64,000 bases of DNA from the IMG/VR virus record IMGVR_UViG_3300021254_000021, positions 32,001-96,000 of that record. The stretch is one strand, 5' to 3'. How positions within the stretch are numbered: the first letter of the stretch is position 1; each line of letters starts with the position of its first letter. Below, piece by piece: positions 37,579 through 48,125 of this stretch. The position numbers and the translations under genes were made by a program. Origin of the DNA: a virus. Taxonomy: Duplodnaviria > Caudoviricetes. The notes under the pieces were generated by a model, which saw only the letters and a list, made by a program, of their open reading frames with translations, did not search any database and had not been told where the DNA came from.

Positions 37579-39957
37579 ATGGTTAAATTAGTAAAACAAG
37601 AATCTTCCTTAGTTGAGGAAAAGTTTGAAGGTGGGCAGGGGCAGTTATGGAAGTCTGGTGCTAAAGGCACAGCTACCATGTTTGTTTCTTGGGTTAGCAA
37701 TGTGATTAAAGCTAACTCTAATAATGTTTCTGCTATAAAGACCCGTAGAGAGTATGTGACACAGGAAGATGGGTACGAGACTCTGAATATTTCCTATGGT
37801 CGTAAAGATACTTTACCATTAGACATTCGTGTCAGTGTTCCACAGACAGGGAAATCTTTAATTAATTTAAAGTATCGTAAAGAGCCTAAAGCCGCTATTT
37901 GGACAGAAAGGAATTTCTCTATTAAAAATCCGATGTCTCTCTCTGTTGATCCTACTACTAAGAAGCTGATTTCTGTTGTATTTACAGGCCCACAATTTTC
38001 CTTTGCAGGACAGGGTAGAAAACTAATAAATATCCCTGGGTATGAAGATGCTCTCTCTGAAATAGAGAGACCTATAATTGAAGCGGCTAAGATTTTAGAC
38101 AAGTTTGATTCAGAGATGTATAAATCCCGTAACTTAGTAGATTTTGATTCTACACCAGAGTTACAGGAATTAAAGGAGATGTATAGTGACTGGGAGATGG
38201 ATGTTGATGCTTCTAAGTTAGCTTCCAGTAATAAGGTTACATACATCTTTAATCATCCCACAGATCCAGACTACAATTTTACCGTTTATTTCCAAGATGA
38301 GGGTGGCTCTGAATATAAGATTTATGCCACTTATCGAAATCAGGAAATGAGCCTAGCTAAATTAGCCAAACTCCTTGAAAAGGAAAGAGAAAGATTAGCA
38401 GATCAGAAAGATAAATATTCTGATTATGCTAATGAATTTGAGTCTCGCAAGTTAGCAAAAGAGATGAAGGTATCAGGTGCTTCCTCTATTTCTATGTTGG
38501 ATGACCCTAAGAAACTGGATGCTTTTGTAAAGAAGATTGGGGATGCCTTAGAGGATTTCTCTTTAGCCAGATGGGCTAATATAGACATCACACAGAATGC
38601 AGACGGTTCTGAGGATTGGGATTTAATCCTCACTACACAGCATACTCTTAAATCAAACAGTCCTGCGGGAATTATCTCTTGGCGTATTGAGCCTAATTTA
38701 CCCTTACAGTTTTATCAGAAGGATAAAGACATTCATGGTGAACCCACCACGAAGGTAACATATAAGGGTAAAATAGCCGCCACAGATATGAAAACCAACT
38801 TTGGCTACACCCCTTCTATCAGGGATGTGGAGCTTAATTCCCCTGCATTCTTTAAAGAAATAACGAATGCGGCAGAAAAATTCTTGGAAGACTTTGGTGC
38901 TTATAATAGGCCGTTAGCTACTATATCAGACATAGACAATCAGATCATTGGTGGTAAAGACTGGATTGTTTCCTATGATAAGCCCGATTACAACTTAGCT
39001 AACTGGGCAGATCGTACTTTAGGCAAGATTGAGCCTGAATTAGAGAAGTTACAGGAAACTTATAATCTTTCTTTAGAGAAGAAGGTGGAGGAGATCGAGA
39101 CAGATGATTATGTCGATTTCCTAGCACAGTATGGTGTAGTTGGTGATAATCCTCAAGCAGATGCCGCAAGGGATATGTCTGGTAAATTAGTCTTTACAGG
39201 TTCTTATGTGGACAAATCCTTTACAGACCATTTACTTGAATTACGTGTCAACTTTGATCGTGGTGACAAGTTTGTTGTTTGGATTCGTCCAGACCTTAAA
39301 GGAAGTGCTAATACCAAAGCAGAAGGTCAGTCTGATCTTTCCTTCTTAGAGAAATGGGCAAAGGATAATGTGGCTTTACGTACAGCACAGAAAACCTCTG
39401 ATAATTTCCGTCAGGCTATTTCACAAGAGTTAATTAACTTAGGTGCGATAGAGGGTCATGTTAAAGGTACATTTGACATTTCCACATCTAAGATTAAAGG
39501 CATTACCATTGATCTGAAAGTGACAAACAATCAGATATTGGTCAATGCTTATAGAGATGGAAAAATTGTCGATAAGATTACCATAGACATTGCTCCATTT
39601 GCAGAGAATCCTGTCAAGGTTGCTAAGAATATCCTTAATCTCTTATCCAAGCACATTAAGGAATCCTACCCGAGTATTGACAGACAGATGCCTAATTTAA
39701 ATCGTTATTGGGATGCCCTGTTTGATAAACTAAAGGTAGAGAGTGGTATTCAAAAGCAGTCTAATCTTAACACCCATTATCTTCAAGTTGGATCAAAGAG
39801 ATGTAAGGTTGAGTTTGGACCTTTAGGACAAGTTAAATTAACTACGCTCTTAGGTAAGGAAGTGGTTGAGGAGCAGTTCAACGCAGATCCCCGCTACTTC
39901 ATTGAAGATAAAGAGAAGATGCAGAATCTTTTAAATGAGTATCGAGCCAGATTTTAG
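37579..39957 (+). CDS. large hypothetical protein, probable internal head protein
   Basis: MVKLVKQES leader; GGGAG RBS. Confidence 0.6.
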   Translation: MVKLVKQESSLVEEKFEGGQGQLWKSGAKGTATMFVSWVSNVIKANSNNVSAIKTRREYVTQEDGYETLNISYGRKDTLPLDIRVSVPQTGKSLINLKYRKEPKAAIWTERNFSIKNPMSLSVDPTTKKLISVVFTGPQFSFAGQGRKLINIPGYEDALSEIERPIIEAAKILDKFDSEMYKSRNLVDFDSTPELQELKEMYSDWEMDVDASKLASSNKVTYIFNHPTDPDYNFTVYFQDEGGSEYKIYATYRNQEMSLAKLAKLLEKERERLADQKDKYSDYANEFESRKLAKEMKVSGASSISMLDDPKKLDAFVKKIGDALEDFSLARWANIDITQNADGSEDWDLILTTQHTLKSNSPAGIISWRIEPNLPLQFYQKDKDIHGEPTTKVTYKGKIAATDMKTNFGYTPSIRDVELNSPAFFKEITNAAEKFLEDFGAYNRPLATISDIDNQIIGGKDWIVSYDKPDYNLANWADRTLGKIEPELEKLQETYNLSLEKKVEEIETDDYVDFLAQYGVVGDNPQADAARDMSGKLVFTGSYVDKSFTDHLLELRVNFDRGDKFVVWIRPDLKGSANTKAEGQSDLSFLEKWAKDNVALRTAQKTSDNFRQAISQELINLGAIEGHVKGTFDISTSKIKGITIDLKVTNNQILVNAYRDGKIVDKITIDIAPFAENPVKVAKNILNLLSKHIKESYPSIDRQMPNLNRYWDALFDKLKVESGIQKQSNLNTHYLQVGSKRCKVEFGPLGQVKLTTLLGKEVVEEQFNADPRYFIEDKEKMQNLLNEYRARF

Positions 39958-39981
39958 TCTGATTCTCTGAAACCAAATCCG

Positions 39982-40021
39982 AACCCCTAAGATGTATCTA
40001 ATATCTTAGGGGTTTTCTTTT
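39982..40021 (+). terminator. terminator hairpin with TATCTA in its loop
   Basis: AACCCCTAAGAT-GTATCTAAT-ATCTTAGGGGTT plus T tract. Confidence 0.75.
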
Positions 40022-40041
40022 ATATGCAAAGAGGTTGAGTA

Positions 40042-43000
40042 ATGGCTAATCCAGAAGAATCAAATACTCCTGTTCCTGTAATAGTAACTAATATAGTTGA
40101 TCCGAAACAGAGTTTAGAAAAGATACGCAAAGAGTCAGAGAATACCTATAAGCTCTTAAATGGGAAAGACTATAAAGATGTTATTAAGAGTCTCAGTAAG
40201 AAGCAGGACACTATAGCTATAAAGACTCAGAGTATTGAAAAGCTACTAGGGGATATTAAAACTTCTTTAACTACAATTAAATCAACCTCTACAACACAAG
40301 CCTCCACTCAAACTCAAAGCCAAGCAAGTAATCAGGATAACTCTAATAAATCATCCTCAAGTCAAGATGATAAAGTTTGGCGTGATAATGTTTACAGCTC
40401 TTTAGTATCCATTGAGAATGAAGTAGTAGGAACAAAGAAGCAGGAAAAGAATGTAGAGTTTTTAATAGAGGGGATAAATAAACTCGTAGAGGAAGGTAAA
40501 TTAAATGAGGAAGTTTCTAAGTCTATTAAAGAACTATCACACAATTATAAAGAGCAATCCGAGAAACAAAAGAGAAACTTAGAAAGGGCACAAGAAGAAA
40601 CAGCGGCAGAGAGAGAAAGTTCTGAAAGAGCTTTAGATGCAATTAAAGATGCCATAGAAGAAGGGAATGATTTAACTGAGTCTGAAGAAGAATCTATAAA
40701 AAGGGCTCAGGGGGCTATTGATGAGATTAAAGATCATACCTCTAACTTTAGCGATTCCCTTAAAAGAGTTACGGATGATTTAAAGAATTTACTTAGCAGT
40801 AACTTTAGAAAAGTTTTTGATCAGTGGGACAGACAGATAGCCACCTTAAAAGAGCAAGGTATGGGTGGTCCTAATGCGGCGATGTTAAATAAAATGACAC
40901 GTCGTACAATGGATGCTACCGAGGAAACATTAGGGTGGAACGTTTCCATTGATAAAGCAATCAAAGCTACCAATGCTATGATTGCCGCAGGACAATCTCC
41001 ACGCTACCTTAGAGAAAATAATAAACAGCTCATTACTGGTTTAGAGGGAGTTGGTTTTAACTTACAGCCCTTTACCATTAGAGCTATAGGTCAATCTGTA
41101 TTTGATTCCTCTCAAGTAAAAGATTTAGCACAGGGTTGGGCAGAACTTTCATCTCCCGATACAGAGGGTGCTATTAGTAAAGAGCAAATATCTTCCTTCT
41201 TAGATTCAGATGATTTTAAGAAAGCGACAGCCGCCATGATGATGGACGGTACAACCACTTATGCTGAAATCCAGAAGGAGATGATTGCTCAATTAAAAGA
41301 AGCAGTCAAAGCAGGTGTTACTGGTCAAGATGCTTTAGCAATGGCTTTAACCTCTACACAGAATAATCTTGGTAGAGGTGCAGTCGTTGTTGTGCCCGAC
41401 AGATTAAGTTCTTATATTGGTGCGGCACAAATAGCGGGAACTTATTCTGGGAATGTAGGTAATTTAACTGCGGACTTTGCGGCGGCGACAAGAAAATATC
41501 ATTCCGATGCTAATGTTAGACAGAGAATAGATGAAGCGTCAGCCTCTTTAGCTCAATCAGGTGATTATTCCTTATTAGAGAATATTCAATTTAATGATGG
41601 CCATACACGTAGAATAGCTACCACGCAGGATATAAAGGAGGGGCAGTATGAAGGTCTCGTACCTCGTATCACTAAGGCGGTAGCAGGTCTTTTACCCGCT
41701 GAAAGTTTAGGTTCTGTATCACAGCAACTAACAGGTGATTCTGGATTCTTAACCAAACAGGCTTTTGAATTAGGTGGTGGTTTACTTAAAGACAGCCCAC
41801 AAATCTTTTATTTAAGAAAGATTGCTAATAATACCGAGAAAGAAGCTAATGGTACGGGTGAAAAGGGTAAGAGTATGTCCAAATTCTTTAAAGGCGCTCT
41901 ACCCTTAATGGCAGGATTAGCTGTAACAGCAGGATTGATGTATACCGCTTATTCTGATAGTCAGGCAGAGGAAAAAGCGGCAGAGGAAGCAAGACAGAGA
42001 GCTTTGGAATCCTTTGCTAAAGAAATGGAGTTAGAGAAACAACAGAGGGATGCTTTACTTAATGGTAATAAGAAGTTAGCGAATGATATAGACAAGCAGT
42101 TAAAAGAGGCTAGAGAGAGAACAAACCAAGAATTAAGTTCTGAAATTACCCTTAAAGAGGGGTCATCTGATGATCTCTGGAAGATGGGTGGTGCAGGAAT
42201 TGGTGCAACTATAGCGGGTATTATAGCAGGTATAGCTCTTATTGGTTCAGGTGTTGGTGCAGGTGCAGGTGCGGCTATTATTGGAGCTAGTATAGCAGGT
42301 GGGGCAGGGCTAGGTTATGGTGGTACGGCGTTAGCCACAGGTGCTAGTGGCCCAAATATGTCCAGTGAGGTTTCTTCTGCAAGGTCGGAGTTAGCACAAT
42401 CTTATGCGGCGGAACAAGCTAAAAAGAATAAGTATGCAGAAGGTGGAATCATTACCAAAGAGCAAGTTGCAACAGTTGGTGAGGATGATAAACCAGAGGC
42501 TATTATTCCTTTAACTAATCCAGAAAAAGCCAAAGAGGTGATGGATCAAGCCGCAAATATGTCCTCTACCAATCCAGAAGTAGCATCTATGATGTCTCAA
42601 GAACCGAATCAGTCTCAAGAACCGAATCAGTCTCAGGGTTCTTTAGCAGATTTAATTGTAAAGGCGGCGGAGTCTGTTATAGGTGTTCCTTATGTAGCGG
42701 GTAATTTAAAACATCCAGAAAAAGGGTTGGTGTGTAATCAGGTAGTGGAATACGCTTATGCTAAAGCAGGTGTACCTCTTAAATCAGGCGGTGTTTCAAG
42801 ACAGTATGCAGGAGAGAATCCGTGGATCTTTACTGAGACACCACAGCCCGGCTTTGCCATCTTTAATAACTGGGGCTTAAATAAATATGGTAAAGTTGTT
42901 TATCAACACATGGGTATTGTTGGTCATAATAACTCACGTATCCATGCCTCTCAGAAATGGGGACGAGTTGTAAAGAATCCTGATCTTTATGGCAAAACGA

Positions 43001-43737
43001 CATGGAAAAGTCCCGAAGATGGTATGGGTATAGAGTTTAACAATCCTAAGAAATATGCGAAAGAGCCGATTTTTGCTTATCTTTCAGGCATAGATTACGG
43101 TTCAGCCGTAGATATGTCTAAGGTTAAACAGATTGATTTAAGTAGTTTGCCGTCTGTCTCTGACTCAGGGTTTGGGGATATGTCACAGCCCACACCAAAC
43201 AGCAGAGGAACAATTAGTGTTAATGGAGAGGAAAGACACGTTATTAACCAAGATACCATGTCTAAAGTAGATACACGTAGAATCTTTAATGAATCTGTCC
43301 AGAATGCTAAGTTAAAATACACCGACTTTAACCCTCAAGTATTAACAGATCTTCTCTTAGCTAAGAGCAGGGATATGTCCCCCGATTTTGATGCTAAGAT
43401 AGCGGCGCATAATCCTTTTGGTATTTTAAACATTGATGGTTCTTTAAAAGAGTACGATGATGTGGAATCTGGTATTCAGGCTTTCATATCAAAATTAGAA
43501 GCGGCGTATGATAAATTAGAGTCTATGGATTATGAGAAACAATTGGATGCTTTAAAAGAAAGACATCTGATAAGTGGTTATGATTATGATAGAACGATGA
43601 GTGTACGCCAAGATCGTTTGGCTAATGCGTTAGACAAACTTAATAGTTCTGTTGAAGAAAGTAATAGGATAGCGATGAAGGCGACGATAAATAAGAATGC
43701 TATGCCCATCAGTCCATTAGCAGGTAGGAGATACTAA
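40042..43737 (+). CDS. tape measure protein with NlpC/P60 peptidoglycan hydrolase domain
   Basis: Helical coiled coil, Gly/Ala hydrophobic stretch, YAEGGII..VGE..PEAIIPL motif, GVPY..GLVCNQVV..HMGIV..IHAS (Cys-His-His). Confidence 0.85.
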   Translation: MANPEESNTPVPVIVTNIVDPKQSLEKIRKESENTYKLLNGKDYKDVIKSLSKKQDTIAIKTQSIEKLLGDIKTSLTTIKSTSTTQASTQTQSQASNQDNSNKSSSSQDDKVWRDNVYSSLVSIENEVVGTKKQEKNVEFLIEGINKLVEEGKLNEEVSKSIKELSHNYKEQSEKQKRNLERAQEETAAERESSERALDAIKDAIEEGNDLTESEEESIKRAQGAIDEIKDHTSNFSDSLKRVTDDLKNLLSSNFRKVFDQWDRQIATLKEQGMGGPNAAMLNKMTRRTMDATEETLGWNVSIDKAIKATNAMIAAGQSPRYLRENNKQLITGLEGVGFNLQPFTIRAIGQSVFDSSQVKDLAQGWAELSSPDTEGAISKEQISSFLDSDDFKKATAAMMMDGTTTYAEIQKEMIAQLKEAVKAGVTGQDALAMALTSTQNNLGRGAVVVVPDRLSSYIGAAQIAGTYSGNVGNLTADFAAATRKYHSDANVRQRIDEASASLAQSGDYSLLENIQFNDGHTRRIATTQDIKEGQYEGLVPRITKAVAGLLPAESLGSVSQQLTGDSGFLTKQAFELGGGLLKDSPQIFYLRKIANNTEKEANGTGEKGKSMSKFFKGALPLMAGLAVTAGLMYTAYSDSQAEEKAAEEARQRALESFAKEMELEKQQRDALLNGNKKLANDIDKQLKEARERTNQELSSEITLKEGSSDDLWKMGGAGIGATIAGIIAGIALIGSGVGAGAGAAIIGASIAGGAGLGYGGTALATGASGPNMSSEVSSARSELAQSYAAEQAKKNKYAEGGIITKEQVATVGEDDKPEAIIPLTNPEKAKEVMDQAANMSSTNPEVASMMSQEPNQSQEPNQSQGSLADLIVKAAESVIGVPYVAGNLKHPEKGLVCNQVVEYAYAKAGVPLKSGGVSRQYAGENPWIFTETPQPGFAIFNNWGLNKYGKVVYQHMGIVGHNNSRIHASQKWGRVVKNPDLYGKTTWKSPEDGMGIEFNNPKKYAKEPIFAYLSGIDYGSAVDMSKVKQIDLSSLPSVSDSGFGDMSQPTPNSRGTISVNGEERHVINQDTMSKVDTRRIFNESVQNAKLKYTDFNPQVLTDLLLAKSRDMSPDFDAKIAAHNPFGILNIDGSLKEYDDVESGIQAFISKLEAAYDKLESMDYEKQLDALKERHLISGYDYDRTMSVRQDRLANALDKLNSSVEESNRIAMKATINKNAMPISPLAGRRY
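42595..42635 (+). repeat. 18-bp tandem duplication (SQEPNQ x2)
   Basis: TCTCAAGAACCGAATCAG twice, then TCTCA. Confidence 0.85.
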
Positions 43738-43739
43738 TA

Positions 43740-46202
43740 ATGTCTAATTCAACTAACGTAACTAAGCAAGTAGAGACTACTGCTCCCTATACATCTTCTA
43801 CCAATGCTAATTTATTAGCTTGTATGGTGAATACGTCAATCAATGGTGTTTCACCAACTTCTCAATCTATAGTCAGTCGATCTTTAGACTCTACTGATTA
43901 TACAAATCTTGTACAGGCTAAACAGCAGGATGGTATCTTTACCTCTAAGACAGATAAGAAAATCTTTACGATTGATTCTAATTTAGACTTTGAGTTTAAT
44001 CCGATAAAGTCTTTAGAGAGTAATATAGGAATATCTTATAATTATGTCTCTAATTTAGCGGCTGAGGATAAAGATAATCGTGTACAGAAAGATAATATTC
44101 CTGCAAGCCCTTATCCTTCTTATGGCCCAGAGATATATTCAGGTACAAACTCTAATTCACCTGATGTTTTTATTGCTACTCCCGCAAGAAATCCACCTTG
44201 TATTATATCAGAGAGTAGAACAGGGACAGCTTCTTACACACAGATAAATGAGCGTGGTGTCTTTTCCGAAGGGAAAGAGGTAGAGATACGTGTATTAACT
44301 AGTCCTAATAACTATTCCTTTGGTACATCACAGAACTTTGATCAGATAGAGCCCAGAGGATCACAAACACCACAAAGATACTATAACCATAATTCTGGTA
44401 GAACACTTAGCTTTGTAGCCGAGTTCCACCAACAGGAATATCCTTTAGAACCTCTACTCTCTATTGCAGAAAAAGCTCAATATCTTGCACGACCTTATAA
44501 GCATGGTGATTATGCACTAATACCTAAACTGGTAATGGTACAGATTCCCGGACGTGTATTCAGAGGTTATTTGCAGAGTGTGTCTATAAACACTTCTGGT
44601 GATGATTATAGTAACTGGAACTTTATAGATATAAAAAGCAAAGTTGGAACAATGGGTGAACAAGAGGGTTTCTATGGTGGTTATAATTCCAGAGAGTTAG
44701 AACCTATTGGTGGTATTTCTAATGATCGTAAAGACATTATGACGGATAACCAGAATGTTTATTATGGTTTGTCTAAAATGACTATCGACTTTACCCTTCT
44801 TATTGTAGAGGATATTGTTTTAACTACTTATGAAACACAAGAAGAAATAGCAGAGAAAGAAAGAATACAGCAGGAAGAGGAAAGAAAGAGAAAAGAAGAA
44901 TTAGAAAGACAAATTGCAATTGATCAAGCTCGTGGTTATGTAGAATTACATAAAAGTGTAATGGATGGAACATATATAGATGACTGTATCTATGTTGATC
45001 CTAAAACAGGTGAAATAATAGGTGTAAAATTTATAGATTCAGATGAGAATGAAATAGATACTACAAATGGTAGGGAAGGTATTACTTTAACTGAATGGGA
45101 GAAACAACAGGAAATAAAGAAAGGTGATACAGTAGAGCAGAATACAACAGCAGATATTATAGATGCAGGTACACAAGAGGCTTGGAATATTATAAATGAT
45201 TCACAGAGTGTAACTTCTATGCGAACTTACTTAGAGGAACGGTGGGTACAGGAACATCCAGAGCCTCAGACAGGCACACCAGAACACCAAGCATGGGAAG
45301 CCGAAAAAGCTGAATATGAAACAAAACTTGATAATGTAGACTTCTTAGAGGCTGAATATAAACAGAAGGCTATCACAGAAGGGGTTGGAAAAGATAATTC
45401 AGATGTGGCTTATTTTACTAATGGTTCTTTCTATATGCCGGAATCAGGTAAACCACAGACAAATCTTCCATTACCACTAAGTACTTTTTTAAAGACAGAT
45501 ATTAAAAGTACAGAGGATATTCATACTGTGCTTACTAGCATAGAAACAGAAAAATCAGATCCAAATATAGTTCTTAATCAAATAGAAAAAAATGGTTGGG
45601 ATGATTCTTGGTCTTACCACTTATTATGGGAGGTATGTTGTGTAAATGGTGTAGGTATAAAAACACCTACAGCTACAACTAATAAGTATGGCTTACATGA
45701 TTGGCATATACCAAATCCTATATATTTCAATGCTTATAATAGATTTACGGGTTTTATTTTTCAGAAAGGTGATCAAGGTATTCAGATAAGAAATAACTTT
45801 AAAGAGTGTGGTATAGAGATAACAGAGCAAGAGGCTTTACTTTATTTTGAAACAATAAAGGATTCTGGTTATTGTGATAAAGAAAATGATAATGAATGCA
45901 AAATATCTTTTTATACACTAGCAAAGATAACAGACTTTACTAAATTTCTCGTACTTGTAGATGATCAAGGAACTATTTTAAAGACACCAGATAATAGAAT
46001 CCTTCTATTTTTTATGAAAGCTATAGGTGCTGTAAGAAGTGCTTTTTATAGTGGTTTTAAAAAGATTTGTTCAGAAAAAATTACAGAGGATGGTGCAGAG
46101 TTATTTCCAAATAAAAAAAGTGCTTTAGATTTTATGAATACTCGTGTTAGTTCACAAGGTGGCGAAATTAAGTATGCTTATTATTGGGAGTATAAACCAT
46201 GA
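43740..46202 (+). CDS. baseplate tube-initiator-like protein
   Basis: SPNNYSF..NFDQIEPRGSQTPQRYY..GRTLSF..F ..P.LV..FRGYLQSVSI resembles contractile-tail tube-initiator domains; position after tape measure. Confidence 0.5.
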   Translation: MSNSTNVTKQVETTAPYTSSTNANLLACMVNTSINGVSPTSQSIVSRSLDSTDYTNLVQAKQQDGIFTSKTDKKIFTIDSNLDFEFNPIKSLESNIGISYNYVSNLAAEDKDNRVQKDNIPASPYPSYGPEIYSGTNSNSPDVFIATPARNPPCIISESRTGTASYTQINERGVFSEGKEVEIRVLTSPNNYSFGTSQNFDQIEPRGSQTPQRYYNHNSGRTLSFVAEFHQQEYPLEPLLSIAEKAQYLARPYKHGDYALIPKLVMVQIPGRVFRGYLQSVSINTSGDDYSNWNFIDIKSKVGTMGEQEGFYGGYNSRELEPIGGISNDRKDIMTDNQNVYYGLSKMTIDFTLLIVEDIVLTTYETQEEIAEKERIQQEEERKRKEELERQIAIDQARGYVELHKSVMDGTYIDDCIYVDPKTGEIIGVKFIDSDENEIDTTNGREGITLTEWEKQQEIKKGDTVEQNTTADIIDAGTQEAWNIINDSQSVTSMRTYLEERWVQEHPEPQTGTPEHQAWEAEKAEYETKLDNVDFLEAEYKQKAITEGVGKDNSDVAYFTNGSFYMPESGKPQTNLPLPLSTFLKTDIKSTEDIHTVLTSIETEKSDPNIVLNQIEKNGWDDSWSYHLLWEVCCVNGVGIKTPTATTNKYGLHDWHIPNPIYFNAYNRFTGFIFQKGDQGIQIRNNFKECGIEITEQEALLYFETIKDSGYCDKENDNECKISFYTLAKITDFTKFLVLVDDQGTILKTPDNRILLFFMKAIGAVRSAFYSGFKKICSEKITEDGAELFPNKKSALDFMNTRVSSQGGEIKYAYYWEYKP

Positions 46203-46480
46203 TAGAATACACACAGACATCCCGTTATTATAAAATAGTAGAAGTGGATAATGTTTTACAGACAGACCTTACTGTATTGAATGTTTCTTATACGGAAACC
46301 ACAGTACGTAGGGGAGAGGAAAATAATCCAGAGATATTGTCTCAAAGGATTTACAATAACCCTAACTACTGGTGGGTTATATGTCAGTATAATGGTATTA
46401 TTGATCCTAAGAATGATCTTCCTTTGGGTAAGAAAATTCGTTTCCCCAATATTACTAAATCGCCTAGAGAGGACATCTAA
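46199..46480 (+). CDS. baseplate wedge protein (T4 gp53/LysM-like)
   Basis: SRY..VRRGEENNPEILSQRIYNNPNYWWVICQYNGIIDP..LPLGKKIRFP. Confidence 0.85.
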   Translation: MIEYTQTSRYYKIVEVDNVLQTDLTVLNVSYTETTVRRGEENNPEILSQRIYNNPNYWWVICQYNGIIDPKNDLPLGKKIRFPNITKSPREDI

Positions 46481-48027
46481 TGGCCATTACAATTCTACCA
46501 GAATATGAATACTATACAGGTGTAGAGATAAAGCTGTATCTAGGTGGAGATGATAAAAAGGTTATAGAGCTGTCTAAGTTTGGTGAGCATTTTCAAAGTT
46601 TAACAATCACAGAGGGTTCACCTAAAATAGACGGTACACAATTACAGATGGAAAACCATGATGGTGGTGTGGCCTCTGGTAAAGTGTCTCTGTATGATGA
46701 GGATAACTCAATCTTTAGAGCTTTACTTGTTTCTAAGACACAAGGTGGTCAACAGCTAGAGAATATTCTCGATATTACTGTTAAGGCTTATACAGGAATA
46801 AGACGATACCCAAAGTGTCGTGTACAGAGATGGACTTGTGGCTTTAGTGGTGGCGTCCCTTCCATTACTTTAGAATGGCAGAATATGCCAGACAATACAC
46901 AACAGACCGAGGAAGGAACACCCACCTTTAAAGAAGTAAAGATGCGTGAGCTTCTTGTCGAAAAAGGTGTGGCTAACTTTGGTGAGTTTAAACAGGCTAT
47001 TAGAGAAGTGTTTTCCGATGCTTATGTCTTTAAGTATTCCACATCCCGAGAGTTAGAGGAAAACCAGTTAAAGGAGATAGAGGATGATGGAAAGATTCTC
47101 TATTATAATGGAGACAAACAAGAGGAATACACGATAACGATCCCAGAATCAATCTGTGTACTTGATGGGAATGAAGTAAAGAAATACAGAATGAGGATTG
47201 ATCCTACGGGTGATACAGCCTCTTTACTTCGTCTTGTAATGGATCAGTTCTGTCACGCTGTAAACGGAGAGAGTCAGATTAAGATTAACTGGAAGATTGT
47301 CTATGGTAATGTCCTTCTTATATACACCTTTAACAACTATAATGCTTTAAATATTCCGATGCCAAAAGGCACAGCTCCATTCCTAGAGGAATCAATTTTT
47401 GTTTATAATTCTTCGATGAAGCAGGGACAGTTATATAAGACTCCGCTTGGTGTGGAAAAGATGGTGTTTGTTGTGGATAGTCTTAGCACTACCTTTGACA
47501 ACAGCAATGTGGTTATAGCAAACTTTGATACTCAGGCTAATGCCAATAATCCTAATGGGAATCTTATTTTAACATCACGTGGTGCAATCACAATTCCCTC
47601 TGGTATGCCACAGGCTATTGCAGAGTCGATGTCCAAGCTCACAAGCATTTTATTGTCACAGCAACTACAGGTGACAATGACGGTCTATAACTTTATTCAG
47701 TTTTACGTAGAGGGCGTTACACCAATAGAGTTATTGGTATTTGATCATTTAGGTCAGGTACACCCATTAACAGGAAAAATGAGGATTGTTGGATACAACT
47801 ACATGATTGATGGTGGTGTGGTAAAAGCGGATGTTACATTAAAGCCAGAGTTGGATAACTCTTTACAGGCACAATACTTCAATACGCCCGCTTCAGCAAA
47901 TCAGTCCACTAACACTACCTCTTATCCACCATCTTCGGCAACAGAATATCCACCCGCCAATGCTTCTGGTGCAGGTCTCAGTTCTGGTGTAACAATTCAG
48001 TCAGGGGTCGATTATAAGGTTTCGTGA
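46480..48027 (+). CDS. putative baseplate hub protein
   Basis: Position between gp53-like and spike genes; C-terminal HPLTGKMRIVGYNY..VTLK beta motif. Confidence 0.5.
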   Translation: MAITILPEYEYYTGVEIKLYLGGDDKKVIELSKFGEHFQSLTITEGSPKIDGTQLQMENHDGGVASGKVSLYDEDNSIFRALLVSKTQGGQQLENILDITVKAYTGIRRYPKCRVQRWTCGFSGGVPSITLEWQNMPDNTQQTEEGTPTFKEVKMRELLVEKGVANFGEFKQAIREVFSDAYVFKYSTSRELEENQLKEIEDDGKILYYNGDKQEEYTITIPESICVLDGNEVKKYRMRIDPTGDTASLLRLVMDQFCHAVNGESQIKINWKIVYGNVLLIYTFNNYNALNIPMPKGTAPFLEESIFVYNSSMKQGQLYKTPLGVEKMVFVVDSLSTTFDNSNVVIANFDTQANANNPNGNLILTSRGAITIPSGMPQAIAESMSKLTSILLSQQLQVTMTVYNFIQFYVEGVTPIELLVFDHLGQVHPLTGKMRIVGYNYMIDGGVVKADVTLKPELDNSLQAQYFNTPASANQSTNTTSYPPSSATEYPPANASGAGLSSGVTIQSGVDYKVS

Positions 48028-48125
48028 ACTACCACACCACCTAAAGGTGGTGTGGCTTCTCGTGCAAGTCTTTTATGTTATTTTTTACCCACTGGCTAAA
48101 GCCGCGTGGGATTTCTTTTAGAAGG
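48024..48125 (-). mobile_element. 102-bp non-autonomous IS200/IS605 miniature (left-end plus right-end hairpins only)
   Basis: 48024-48069 matches the tnpB element right end (60627-60671); 48075-48125 matches its left end (~61986-62035); TTTAA flank at 48126-48130 (minus). Confidence 0.85.

Noticed and set aside
48024-48069. Miniature element as a second functional omegaRNA
   Set aside because: Only about 45 nt of the right end is kept and most of the expected scaffold is missing, so guide function is unlikely though untested.
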